Source: Bigelowiella natans CCMP2755
Lineage: Eukaryota > Protista > Cercozoa
Length of the DNA stretch: 64,000 nucleotides
Direction of reading: 5' to 3'
Assembly: GCA_000320545.1 (NCBI GenBank)
Contig: ADNK01000816.1
Coordinates: 1 to 64,000 of the forward strand
Shown in pieces: positions 44,878-58,383 of this stretch (positions within the stretch are counted from its first letter, which is position 1; each line of letters starts with the position of its first letter). A program made the position numbers and the translations under genes. The notes below the pieces were generated by a model. That model was not told where the DNA came from. It saw only the letters and a program-made list of their open reading frames with translations, and searched no databases.

Positions 44878-45951
44878 CATGTATACATATATCTGTGTTT
44901 TAATTAGGGTGAGACAAAAGAACGATGCCCGTGCCAAGACCAGGGGTCTTAAGCGCAAAGTAAAGGTAAATGTAGATGATCAGATTTTGCAGTTGGTGCG
45001 CACTTTTCTCTCATTTGTTCACACGCCTTTTGTGGCCCTGATTGCGACTTACGCATGCGTCAGGAAAAACGGGAAAAAAGGAAGAAAGTGAAAGAATTGA
45101 CGAACAAGCATATGTTGAACGACAAAGAACATTCGTCATGGCTGGAAAAAATGACAAAAGGCGGAAGGAATCGGTCATAAGAATCATTGTTACTGGAAAT
45201 GGAAAGAAAAATTACATCATTTGGCTAGTCATCACAAGAAAGCGAGTGACTACTGAAATTAACACACTAGTGTATGCCATGCTAGCTATTGTGTGGGCGG
45301 CGGTCACTCAAGCTAGTTACGCATTTACCTGCATGTCAAAGTTGTGCGCATTTTTGAATAGCGCAGGTGCAGTTTGTGTACATCGCTATGTACATATCGC
45401 TATCGCATTCTAGCATTACACACATAGATGCTGTCGCCGCTGCTTTAGCTACATTAAGGTGACTATTGAAAGATTTAATCACATCATCACATCCGTCTCA
45501 TGTCTTACATCACACCAACAATTACTAACTGAGACGTCTCGGCTCCATCACGTACACCCCAACATTGATCTGCATGCAACCTGAGACGCCGCTTGCACTT
45601 GCTACGCAGAACGAGAAACCTCATGTCTAGATGTGTTGTTTGTTTTATAATTGTCATCATCGTTGCTGATGCTTGCTACTAACATTTGCTAGTTTGCGTG
45701 CTGCTACACAACTACTACAAGCTGGTGCCAGCGACAGCAGCGCGAGACTAAATAATATGTTAGAATGAATACATCTAGGCATTGATAGCAACTGCTATCA
45801 TCTTTAAGTGAAGAATTTGAATAATTGTCATGAGCATATTCCTATTAGGATATGTATAATGCAGTAGTGCCCTTGCTAGCTTGGTGTGAGGATAATAATC
45901 CGGTAGCTTGAATGCATGCAGTTCGAGACAGCTTCATTTGACGAGTAATCA

Positions 45952-47446
45952 CTACGATAAAATGTGCCAGGATCCGTCAAGCCAGATACCCCATCCTTGC
46001 AATGTGGCCCGATACCACTCTATGTCGCCTTCCAGTGGCACTAAAGTTGCACACATATACATGTGCATTCGAGAGATATTTGTTATACGTAAGAGCAAAT
46101 ATAGTAACCCTTATGTTTATAAGAAAATCAAGTGATTTCTACGGAAGCATCGTCACTCTTTCGTCATCTCATTCGCAAAATCATCTCATCGGTATATTGT
46201 ACTTATTTTCCGATTAGCCCCGCGCTCATGAAAATTGATACAAGGATTAAGATATGACATTGTATAAGATGTATAAACACACATATGCATACAATATATA
46301 TATATATATATATATATGGGAGGAAAGATGAAATGTTGTAATGTCGATGTGCGACCATTGAAAGAAGGTATGCAATGAAGCTCCATTCCCGAATGCAGCG
46401 CAAGGGTTCCCACTCTGTATCTATCAATGTTATCATCATTCATTTTGCGCTATCGACGATGGTGATCAAAAGCACCCAAGCTACTGCACAACCGAGGCTA
46501 CCAAAACAAAACAAAACGCATCTCGGCACAAGCTCCTCACGTACTTGTGTATGTGAGAGGGGAGTTCGTAGGCCTGCGCATTGCTAATGGGTTCGATGTC
46601 GTTCAGCTCGTAGTCCTTCCTGTCAAACCGATGCACACGTAAGCGCACATTAGTCACCGGAGATCATCAGGGTTTGCCTCCACCTTCCTGCCTCCATCTT
46701 CCCCCCCCATGATTAATACCATATGTTGTTGAAAGAGTCGTGATATGCGTGGTAGATTTTAAGTCCATGGCCATTCTAAAATAGTTACTAGTAAGTAAAC
46801 TATCGCCCAAGGAGGCTCCTGCCCCGTGAGAAGCAGAGAAGATGAAGGAGATTATGTCACACAAACCACGGGCAGTTTGATTGGGAGCGTGAAGGAAATA
46901 GAGTGATTTGTCTGGGTGCCTTCGGGCCAGTCCATACTCTCTATGACACCGTCGAAATGGGGGGGGCTATGGAACTGAGTGCCACATCAACGAAGAATCA
47001 ACGTGTAGCAATCGTAGTTGGGAAACATCGAATACAGCATATAATTATTATCAGCATCTATATCTGCATCTTCATCATTGTCTTCGTAGCCGTGGTACCT
47101 TGTTAACAATCTCTCGAGCCTCTCGCGACTTGAGAACCTGATTCAACATACATCACGGTGAGGCTACGAACAGGGGGTTTCCGCAGAAAGTGTGAAAAAC
47201 AACATGGCAGGCATCTGTCTTTAATATGCATGTTCATTTTTTTCCTTCCTTCCCTTTGGCACGAATGGTAGGATCAGATATGCGAGATGTAGGCATGTCC
47301 TTCTATGTCTATGTGGTCAATAAGGCTGCTTAAACGACGACAACCTCGGAAGAGAGGATCCTGAACGCCAAATGATGTCCTCTGTACAACCGGACAGGTT
47401 CTCCCAACTGAGACTCTAATGTCTGCACCACCTACCAATACATATT

Positions 47447-47482
<36 letters not shown>

Positions 47483-48448
47483 GTAACATGTTCATTTTAT
47501 TTCGGCATGGAGGAAAGTCAAGGCAGAGGGGGTAGGATAAATTAGGATCGTGTTCATAAGCGTTGAAGTCAACGCCATTTAGTACTTGAAAAAAATAGCA
47601 GAAGAGTCCTTGCTAGTGAACTAATAATTACCCGTGTATCATACCTGCTTATAAACTGGCCCAAAGTGATCCCACATCACTCGATCAATCTATCCATAGT
47701 ATTAGTCTATCAGTTTGGTTTGCAATACGCAAATACGTTCGCATCGTGTTCTCCGTAATTGACCTTAGCCACCATTTCTTTGCACTCCTCATCGTTCATA
47801 TAGTTATGGATCGCGCCCAGCGTGAAATAGCTTATACCTGACGGTCATTAAGAATTGCGCAAGGGGAGATTATAGAAGTGCAAAGTTGCTAACATATTGT
47901 GCCGTTAAAGAGTAAGTCCTCACCCAAACTTTTCAGTATTCTTTCGTATCCCGGAATGCTTTTAATTGTGTCTTCTGAGCCAGCTTCACGAGTGACCCAC
48001 TGCTCACGCAGCTTTAGTAATCGTGCGAAGGTTTCTTCTGCAAGCTCTTCATGAATGCACGGGAGATCAACGGGCTCTCGGAAGCCATGATGGTACACTG
48101 ACAATTATTTCTCCATCAAAGAGTGAAGATGATGATCATAGAAACGCTGAGGGGGCTATTCACAGTAGCACAACTTACAAGGGAACTGACGGTGGAGATA
48201 TTCACAGCAGCACAACTTAGGCTCTACAAGGGAACTGACGGTGGAGACTATTCACAGCAGCACAACTTACAAGGAAACTGACGGCGGAGACTATTTCTGG
48301 GAGCTTGGCCTGCTTCTTCTTCTTCTCCGATATCGCATGCCTGTGAGGAGGCAGCGCACGTACCCTCATCCTCAGACGGGCCTTCAGCTCTGTCGCCGTT
48401 GGCAATCAGGATACCAATGACGGTCAGGGCTGCTCTCCACAACCCCAT
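45952..48448 (-). CDS. Putative secreted 2OG-Fe(II) oxygenase, multi-exon (not visible as one ORF)
   Basis: Signal-like MGLWRAALTVIGILIANG. Exons give YFTLGA, LESQLGEPVRL, HFD...ISFTLPIKLP, YRVGTLALHSGMELHCI and YRATLQGWGIWLDGSW, forming HxD...H...R. Confidence 0.78.
48156..48295. repeat. Three tandem copies of a 43-49 bp unit spanning an exon/intron junction
   Basis: Units 48156-48198, 48199-48247 and 48248-48290; consensus CTATTCACAGCAGCACAACTTACAAGGGAACTGACGGTGGAGA. Confidence 0.92.
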
Positions 48449-49007
48449 GGGCTCACTCTACCCACCCACCTCCTGTGCGCGGTTGGTGGATCAACAAATG
48501 GAAATGCAAGCACGAGGTGAGGGCCCCAACGAGGTTACCTTTTGGACCCTGCGACATCTCACATTGGGTTGTCACAGGACAAAAATAGGACCCTTTTCAC
48601 CTATTGTTTCAAAGAGAAGCCCTTCTACCCGTCGGGTTGGAAAAAAAAGTGGATGCGATTAGAAAATGCGACAATCTTTTTCTTTGTCGCTTTATGTAAA
48701 ATCGAAAGAGAACCCATCCTCAAGCAGAACCATCATCTCCCCCACTAACTCGGGCTTGCCAAAGCGAAGTGACGAGAATTGCCAAGGGGGCAATGAGAGG
48801 GATAACGAGCATTCATAAGGGTGGAACGAGAGGGAAACGAAGTCGTACTTCATGGAAGCCAATGCCACCGATCTCTGAGAGCCCGGCCGCTAATTGCAAA
48901 CCTAGTACAAATCGGCCCAGCGCTAACGGAAAGCAAAAAAGGCATAAGTTCATGCCATGAAATTTTGATATGAAACAATTTACCTGAAATCTATAACTAT
49001 ATCTATA

Positions 49008-51338
49008 ATGATGGGCACCTTTCCGCAAGGCTACGTACAATATTTATATAATGTCCCCCACCGCTCTAGGTACACTCCATGGACGTTACTGGCACCGGGT
49101 GAAGAGCCGCCTCCTGATCTCACGAGCACCAGTCGATGCAAGGAGGACGATGAAGAGATGCATCAGAGAAAGAGACCAAGGAAAATCGCAGCTAGAAAAG
49201 TGTTTCCGTCATCCTCAAAAACAAACAAGGAGAATAAGAACAGTAGAACTGCCTTGAAAGCAGCAACCAAGAAGGCAAAAGAAGAGGCCGTCATAGCGGC
49301 CGAAAGAAAGATTCTCGGAGAAAGTGCAAAGACGAAATCGGAAACATCAAAGGTTAACGGGTCAGCTAGAGGTCTGCCAGTGGAAGATCTGGCAGGAGAC
49401 ACACCAGGCAATCAAACTGTAAAGTTCACCTTAAGATTGCCTGGTGAAACGTTAGATGCAGTTCAATCGGATAAATTGTCCTTCCGTCTTAAGCCAGATA
49501 TAAAGCCTGGGGACTTAGTTGTGATTCCGCGCACAAATGAGGTGGGTTTCCTCCGCTCTCATGTCCGTGCTAGTCAGAGCCTGCTTAACTGAAATAGCAA
49601 CTGAAATGATCCCCGTATCATCGTTGTTATTATTATTATTCATTATTATTACCACAGAGATTGACGTATGGCAAAGTTGTCAAACTATTTAAGGCGTCGG
49701 GAAATATCAGAGTAAATGTAGATCCCAACAAGATGACAACTTGCAAGGTTGAGACTTCGCTATTGATTGCCCGGTTAAGTCGGTTGCAATGGGCATCATC
49801 GCTGCCAATTTTTATTTAACTTGCTTTCAAGGTCTCCCCCCTCTCTCTGATTTGTGTGCCCCTCTATTTTTCTTCCCTGTACAGACTCTTCCCCCTTGCC
49901 TTGTTGGCATGATTCACAGCAACCAGGTAGTAATAGGAGAAGCTGTCGTTGTAATTCTTGTGATTTTAACATTGCCATCCTGATGAGCATCATGAAGTAG
50001 TTGTGGTAGTAGCAGTTGTTGTTTTTGTTCTTGTTGTAATTTGTGCGAATCGTTTTTTTGTGCCACCCAGGACAAAGAGAGCATACGCGGATTGCGAGAT
50101 GTCGTGAAGAATAACATCCTAGGTGGTTTGTTCTCATCGAATGACTTCACACATCGCGAAGTAGTATTACTTAAATACACAAACACCAAGCATTCTTGTC
50201 CCGAGCATCTCGGATTATCGTTGTGTATTTTAGAAGCTATTCCCAAGAAAGAGGTGGATTTTTTTTGCATCTCGCAGTCATTGCTTATAAACACTAAAGC
50301 GCGAGAAATCGCCCATCCGCTTCTGCTTTCTGAGACAAGCACGAACTTAGCAGTCCCATCCCCCCCCCCCCCCCCTTCTTTCCTTCTCCCGCCTTCCAAC
50401 TGTTCAATGAAAATTAAAGGGATCGAAGACATCTACTCCCACATGAAAGCAAAAGAGGACAAAACGGGTTATGAGATTGAGCAGGTGGTTGTGGCAGTAG
50501 GAAAGAGAGATGGAGAGAGATAGAGAGAGGGAGAGAGAGAAACCCCGGCAATGTAACCCCGTTTCGATGTAGTAATTACTCTTATTCAATCCTGTTCGCA
50601 TGATGACAAAATAAAAAGTCTTTCCTTTGTATCCTTCTCTTCTTCCGCCCCCTCCTTCCAGTGCCTGTTCGTGGCCGTGTGGCAGGCCAGAAAGATGTTC
50701 CAGAACTGCGATGCGATGCAGGTGGAGGAGGGGGTAGAAGATGGGTGGGGAGTAGGAAGAGAGGTTTCCGTGTTATTTATAACAGTGGTTGGCACTTTTC
50801 TGATGTGGATTCACACAGATAAGATCCATGTTTCCATACTTCCTCTCACACGTATATCATCATCACGCACCATAGTAGTAATAAGAACGTACAAGCAACA
50901 ACAATAATAACAACACCTTGCTGCAGAGGAAGGCGAGCAAGATGATAGAGGCTGCAGAGGTTTGAACTGTAATTACGTCCCCTGACTCCCCGGGCTGCTC
51001 TTTCATCCACCCCCCCCGCCCCTCTTCCTCCCCTCCTCCCCCTCGCTCTCCTGGCGCAGAACTAGGGATAATGCAAAGGAATGAAGGGAAAATGGTCTTT
51101 TTTTGTATTCCGCAGGAGAAACGTCGACAGTCAGAGGAGAAAAGCAAGAAACTTGAGAAAGCACTCAAGGTAGTTGTGTTAACATGCTTCAGGAATAATG
51201 TAGGGTGTGAGTCGTAGTAATAGTAGCTGTTATTCTTGTTCTTCTTGCCACGACGTCTACCAATGAAATTTTAAAAGAGGACGAGCCATTCCCACTCCCC
51301 CCCCTCCCCCTTGTCTGTTATCGACAGCCTCAGCAACA

Positions 51339-51384
<46 letters not shown>

Positions 51385-51556
51385 CACGCAACCTACAACG
51401 AGCAGGCTCGAGATCAAGAATTGAAGGTACTGCGCAGCCAGCTCAACGATAAATCCCTGGAAGCCACACAGTATAAGCATCAGGTTTATGACCTCCGGGA
51501 ATTTAACGGTAATGTTGTTATTATTGAGTTGTGGTGATGAAGGTAGTGGTGGTAGC

Positions 51557-51591
<35 letters not shown>

Positions 51592-52231
51592 TAGTAGTAG
51601 TATGGGGGGGGGGGGGTCCAATTCTATCTCGCCCCTTCCCTTCTTCCTCCTCTCTTCCCGAAATGATAAGCACAAACATCCTGCCCAGGGGTTTATCAGC
51701 AGGACTTCACGAAAACGCGGAAGGAAAACAGCAGATTGCGAAAGCAAACCCAGAAGCTGAAGCAGCAGATCGCCGCTCTGAAGGGCGAAGTCAGCCGCCT
51801 TGAGAAAGGTAGTAGTAGTAGTAGTAGTAGTAGTAGTTAATCTGTGATGGATGGGCAGCAACTAAGCCATCCCGCCCCAGCCAGCAAGGAAGTCGATTGA
51901 TCGGCCAAAATGACGATGATGTTATATCAAAGGGGTTTATGTTTTGTCTTGATTTGGGAACTTTTCGTGGTTGTTCCTTGGAGGGTGGACCAACACCTTT
52001 CAGATCTTCTTTTCTGTCGCACCGATATGAATCGTGTAGTACCATCCTCCTGATGCATCGTTCCTGCTTATTCCCACAGCGGCAGAATGGCTGAATGAGA
52101 CGGAGGTTTCGGGAAGCCGAACACTAGATGAATCCTCGATCGTCAGCATTGACAGCAACGATGATGATGATAATGATAGCGATGAAAGCAGCGAACCTAC
52201 CGACCCGAGGTTGAGCAGGCGCGAGGAGTGA
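49008..52231 (+). CDS. Hypothetical multi-exon coiled-coil protein; start uncertain
   Basis: Basic N-terminal exon (RKRPRK), heptad-like exons (KENSRLRKQTQKLKQQIAALKGEVSRLEK) and an acidic last exon ending RREE*. Confidence 0.55.
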
Positions 52232-52730
52232 GGGCAATGAAGCTGGTGGTGACACATTATTGCTAGCGGCAAGAGGGATCTTTGAATTTTCTGAACAATG
52301 CTCCATTGCACAGTGCAGCCATGAAAACATGACGCCATATGCGTAGCACACATTAACGTACAAAACGCCAGCCGCAAGTACAGGCTAGTATATAGTAGGC
52401 TGTCGGTGTCCCAGGCATGTATCGACGCACGCTGCTAGCATACGTTCGTGACACAAGCTATAGACAGTACGGTGCATGCTGTGTCTATTATGTGCATGTA
52501 TTAATTTAACTATGAAGCTAGAGACAAATGACGCGTACAAGCCGTGGCTAAATCTACATAGTTATGCTAGAATAGACACATGGCTACGGGCACGCATGAG
52601 CGAACAGTGCGGCACGCACATTAGATGTGACGCAATCAGCTAGTCAGCCACACCACACACAAGGTAGATTAGGGGATTGAAAAGCATGGGGTAGGAACTG
52701 TACATGTAGTAGTATTGATTTGGACAATGT

Positions 52731-53138
52731 TCATACTTCATTTGGAAACAATATGGTTTCTTCAGGTCCGAGGGATGCTGACGCCTCCCCACCTGCCAGA
52801 AGTGTGTTCAGAAAGCTCTGATCCTGCTGGAAGATTTTCGGTCCAAAGGTAACGGTCGGTTCAGACTCTGGTATCAGACCGCCAATCTACGAGTGAAAGA
52901 CAGCAAATGAAGCAGCAATACAAGTCGTGGCTAGTGTTGCAATTGTCAGCTTCGCTCGCTCATAGTAACCTTTAAGGTCGCCGCCACGAGCTCAGAACAG
53001 AAGAAAGCGCGCTTGCTCCGGTCCTTTTCTAGGGAACTCGACCGCACGCAAGGTCGACAGCACATTGCAGGGGACCAGCGGTATGGCCTTAGTTTGAGAA
53101 CACATCGACATATTTTTCATATATGGGCGCGCGCGCGC

Positions 53139-53173
<35 letters not shown>

Positions 53174-54677
53174 CATGTATGTGGTTATAAGGTGAAAAGC
53201 ATCTTCTCCCCCTCCTCGCCTTCCTCCCAATGAAGCGAAACAGATGTGCCTCAGAATGGGTTTGTATGCACCACTTTCCTCATCAGCGAGCCAGCAGCCA
53301 GCTAGCTACCCACTCACCTTTGGATCACTTGATCCAGCCATGTGTGCACTTTGCTGTCAAACTCCGCATAGTCCTTGGGGGAGCCTATGATGAGCCTCCT
53401 CAAGACGATAGTGTGGTACTGTCTATACCAATTGTGCACGAAGAAATCCGAGAATCGAAAGATGGCCACGCCGGTGTTGCCAAGCGTCTCGCACACGCCT
53501 AACGGTTCGCCAGCCCCCTGACACACGAATAATGAAACCCCCCATAAGTGAAATCACCAGAAGTAAAAGGAGGGCCTGCCTGCCTCCTCCCCATCATAGT
53601 ATTAGTCCACACTACATGAATGAGTCAGCACCTTGACTAGGAACGCGACATGGTTATATTCCATGCACATAGCGCCTCTGATTCCGGCGTTGGCGCATCC
53701 GCGAGTCGAGAAGAGCAGCACGTCGCCGGTGTTTCCCGTCTCCATCACAGATTGGAACGACACGGTAATTCTGCTACCTCCAAGGGAGCAGTTTGCCTCC
53801 CTGGCGATACCCGTCGCCTCATCGTGATGGCCCTCCCCACCTGATGATGATAATGATGATGATGATGCTGATGCTGAGGATGATGTTGATACCGGTAGGT
53901 TTATGAGGGGGGGGAGGGGGAGCAAGTTTAACACGCGCAATTTTTGCTGAAACAGATACCTGCTCCTGTTGGATCGTTGTTGTCTTCGCCGATCGTGCTC
54001 GCTTGAGTCATCATCTCACATGTGTAAGGCCGGTGCCAAATCACTGATTCTTTCCTGTCGGGTTCGCCAATGCTGCCGCCCTTTGTCGCCGATGATCCCT
54101 TCATCTATGCAGCATGTATCATCACCCAGAGGAGAGTCACACTCATTAAAAGGTATGGGGGAGCTTGCAAGGAGATAAAATATATTGGTATGTAAAAGCC
54201 ACCAGCGGCCCACACTGTATCTCCCTAATGGTGAGACATAAGGATATTCTTGGTCTACTAACAGTAGTGGTGATTAGATGATGAAGAGGGCGATGGCAAG
54301 CAAGTTTATAGTTATTTCACCTGGAGGAGAGACGATATCGTTGCCATAGTACAACGTTGGTGCTGAGATATTCCGCCTCCAAAGGGTGCCGCTGCTGTTG
54401 CCGCCGCTTTATCGTCTTGCCTCGGCGATGCAGCGAGTTCTTTGCCCTTCGTGGACAACGACTGTGTATTCACGTCGTGCAAAGGAGGTAGCGTGCGCGG
54501 CTTCGAAATCGATTCTGTTGAAGTAGATTCTTAAAATCAATGTGTGTGCCCTTTGGTTTGTCGCTCGTGATTGAAAATGAAGAAATACGTGTAGGATTCG
54601 TAGCAAAGCAGGTCAAAGTGGCTTCTGTAGGGCTAGCTGTTTTTAGCAGTAGACTTGTACACGTACAAGTACACGCG

Positions 54678-54719
<42 letters not shown>

Positions 54720-55793
54720 CATGGGCTGTCACCCCACGAGGTGCCAGAAGTGATGTCGTCGACTTCGGTATGTCTATTGATCGAACTACCCGTTTGGCGA
54801 ATTGTTTCCTCGCGTTCTCCTCCTTTCGGGCTCTTCCCCGCTGATATTGTGTTCTTCGGGAGAGAGGGAAAGGGGAAGTATGGGCGTCGACTTGTGCCGC
54901 TCGAGAGCGGCCTTTTGTTAGGCGACCGAACAGGGGAGTCGATGTGTCCGGGAAGGGCGGAGAAGCTGGGCTTTTGGCCTTGGGTTTGATGACTGCTGCT
55001 GTCCTGCATTCCTTCTCTTATATAATCGGATAGAGGCACAGCTTTCCGCATGGCCGGCCTCGACGATCGTTGTTCAGCTGAATTTGGCTGATTGGAGCGA
55101 TTATCAATCGTGTCACTGGTTGCCTCTTCCTGGCTGTAATCCCGCACGCTCTCCGCTTGATTCGTGAGCGTGTTCATGATTGCAATTTTGCTCTGTCGCC
55201 TTTTAAGCATCCTTTCATCCTGTTTGGTATTGTGATCGACATGTATTATTCTAAACTAATTAACATATATTCATTCTGTCGCAACATATATTCTTGAAAG
55301 TGTGTCCGTCCAATTGCATCGTTGCCAGTGCATGCATGGAGCGAATATATTCGCATTGTCACGCATACTACCGAGACAATCTTCTTCCTTGAGCTGTCAG
55401 GAATCGCGAGGATGCTGAGAATAGAGCGCCGAGGGTTCTGAAGCGGCTCTCGTGGGGACACCTTCGAGGCCCTACGCTGCAATCTGGCTCGTAGGTCTAT
55501 GGTGGGCGTTCCATCAATTTTGCTCGGTTTCTGGGGATACAGTACGTATTTGTTTTCAAATTGTGTGTGGAATCAACTCAAATACGCTAGTGTGAACATA
55601 CCCAGGCCTCAGAGATTCCGCAGCAACCTGGCTGTCTCCTCTTCTCATCAACAACGGGTCCCTGAGGACGCTGTTGGCCACGCGTCTTCGATTCTCCTCT
55701 TTCAAGGTCCCCACCTCCACCCCCATCTTTGGCATCTTCTACCGCCTTAACCAGTGTCGTGCACCCTTTTCCGATCTCCGGTGTACTACTCAT
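52731..55793 (-). CDS. Permuted papain-like amidase (YaeF/YiiX, NlpC/P60 superfamily) with long low-complexity N-terminus
   Basis: TGDVLLFS...EYNHVAFLV (catalytic His), VLRRL, RPY, FFCSELVAATLK (catalytic Cys after His). Confidence 0.85.
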
Positions 55794-55940
55794 TTTGCTG
55801 CAGACCTCGTTACACCCACCAGGGTGGGCTTGAAGTGGTCGCCGAAGATGGCACGAAACCCGTAACGCCCGATCTTACCGAAACGCTTCAATTTGGGGGT
55901 TTTCGTCGCGTGTGACCGTCGTACAACTCGTGGATGCTGC

Positions 55941-55976
<36 letters not shown>

Positions 55977-56265
55977 AAGCCGCAACGATGGGCATCAACA
56001 AAATATCGAGGGAATACCCTGGGTTTTTGGTCCTGCGACGAACGCTGGCTCGGGGACCCATTTAACCGTTAATTTCTCCCTGTAGTTGTGTGGAGCGAAA
56101 ATGTAGGTGATTTCGGCGCATAAATTACTACCGTCTTTTCCTCATTGCGACGTGGATTATTGATTGTCGCACATGTGTTGTCCTAGTGGAGCCTTGCATC
56201 GAATTTCTGTACGGAGAGCCACCATACTCGTACCCCCCTACGACTCCTCCCACCGGCTCTAGAAC

Positions 56266-57642
56266 ATGTTGCGACGGTCCCCCCGGCGACGGTTGACATC
56301 ACAACGCCTGGCAACTGTATTCATTGCAGCGCTTGTTCTTTCAGCCGCATATATTGCAACGATGCCTCAGATCCCGGGCAAGAATGTGCAGGCCAGCTTC
56401 GGTAATCACTACAAGAGAGACAGCACCATTAACAATATTTTACAAGAGTGGACGCACAAACTATTATCGTTATAAACCACAATCCTTTCCTCCTCCCCAC
56501 TCCCGTGAATTCTGTTCGCGTTGTTGAGAGTACGTGCTTGTTGAATCAAGGTGGCCTGATGCGGGATTCAGACTGGATCTGGCCGCCGGTGGTAATCACG
56601 GCCCTCGCAGGACTGTTGTACTGGAAGTATAGACCGCCAGATATGGGAAATGTTATCGATGTGAGGGATGAGAAGGAGCTCGTCGGTTACATCACGGTCG
56701 CTTTTTGCTCTCTCTACCTCTCTGATTTCATCCTTTTTAAATTGTTTGTTTTTAATAACTTAATATGCAGAGATCTTATGAGAAATGTGATAACATTATA
56801 ACTTAGTAAAGTATTTTGTATCTTATTTGTTCAATTCTATCTTATATGAGCAGAATCCAGAGGGGAAAACAGTCGTAATCGACTTCACAACTGATGCCTG
56901 CCCATATTGTGGGATAATCGCGCCAGTGTAAGTGAGAGAGAGAGAGAGAGAGGGAGAAGAGGGGTGGCAAGGAGGGCGGGAAAAAAAGATATAAGCATCG
57001 AGATGCATCATCATTTCTTGATTTTGCCACTAACTGGATGAAAAATTCGACAATAAACAGCTACGGAAGGCTAAGTAAGCTGCCGAAATATAAGGATAAG
57101 GCTATATTTTTGTCGGTAGGAAGATGATGCAAGTCATATTGATCAGCTTTGCTCAAAGGCATTCAATAACCTATGTTGCAAACAATAAATACATACAGGT
57201 TGACGCGAGGAAGTTCCAGCAAGTGATGGTTGAGGCCGGTGTTCAGGCAACACCGACGTTTGTTTTCTACAAAAACATGAAGGTGGGAGAGAGTGGATCT
57301 TATTATTATGTGTTGTATGCATCGTCTCCTTGCATCGCTAACATTCCATCACATCGTCTTAACTAGGTTGTGCAAAGGATGGCAGGTCCTCCAGCAGATA
57401 AATTGGAGAAGTACTTTGACGCGTTAATACTGTCCCAAAAGAAGACGAAAAAGAAGAAGAATAGCAATAAAGATGCTGCAGTAGCATCAGGAGGTTCCGC
57501 GGCGGCTGGACAAGCAGCCCCCTCTACAAACCCTTCTGTAGATGGAGCGGAAGCTGCAGTCAAAGCTGGTGAGGCAATGCAACCCTCTGTCGCAATAGAG
57601 AGCACCGATGATACAGCTAACGCGGGGAGAGCATCGAAGTAA
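56266..57642 (+). CDS. Membrane-anchored or targeted thioredoxin-domain protein (CPYC)
   Basis: Hydrophobic N-terminal segments; VVIDFTTDACPYCGIIAP, FLS|VD, GVQATPTFVFYKN. Confidence 0.88.
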
Positions 57643-58108
57643 GTCAATGTACCCAAGAATCATGAAGCGCCAAGATATTGCCAAAGAAAGGACATCGTTA
57701 GGGCGGTAAAAATAGAATACGGCTGACGTTATACATCAAATTGATTAGCCAAAACCTCGCGAAATAGCAGGATATTACTCGCATGTGGAATGAGGCGTGC
57801 AGCAGGCATAGACGCAGGATGCATGTGTTTTTTAGTACATGCTACTAGTAGGCTACATAGCTAGATCGTACGCAGCTTATGCATTAACAAATGTCTTTGT
57901 CGATCACGACCCTTTTTCTACATGTATTCATTACACCCGTCTGCTCTAGTAGCTAGTAGTGCTGCGTACGCATGCTAGCTAGCTAGGCTCATCTAATGCG
58001 TGCATCTGTTATACGTTGTCGTACGCCCTGCGGACCGACTACATGCTACTAGCCTGCATAGATCGCAACTAGCAGCCAGCTCTCTGATGGGGTACAATGC
58101 CAATGTAT

Positions 58109-58152
<44 letters not shown>

Positions 58153-58383
58153 TCTAATACATACATAGATGGATGTATGTATATAAAGCAATAGGGGGTG
58201 CTATTTCAAGTCACTATTCGACTGGCCGCGTGATGACTGTGCTTGCTGTCATGGCAGACGTGGCATTCAAATCGAAATTCTAAGCAATAGCCACAGAATC
58301 GTGTTTCATCTACATCCGCGGACAACGTACAGAAGCTCAGCGAGAGACGAATACGTTTTTCGCAATGTGGTGAGAGCTCTAAT

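Noticed and set aside
43400-45250. Possible minus-strand multi-exon gene
   Set aside because: Splice-like sites and hydrophobic fragments are present, but I could not assemble a consistent reading frame or family.
48156-48295. CRISPR-like repeat array
   Set aside because: Units are directly adjacent with no unique spacers, there are no cas genes, and the context is a eukaryotic intron.
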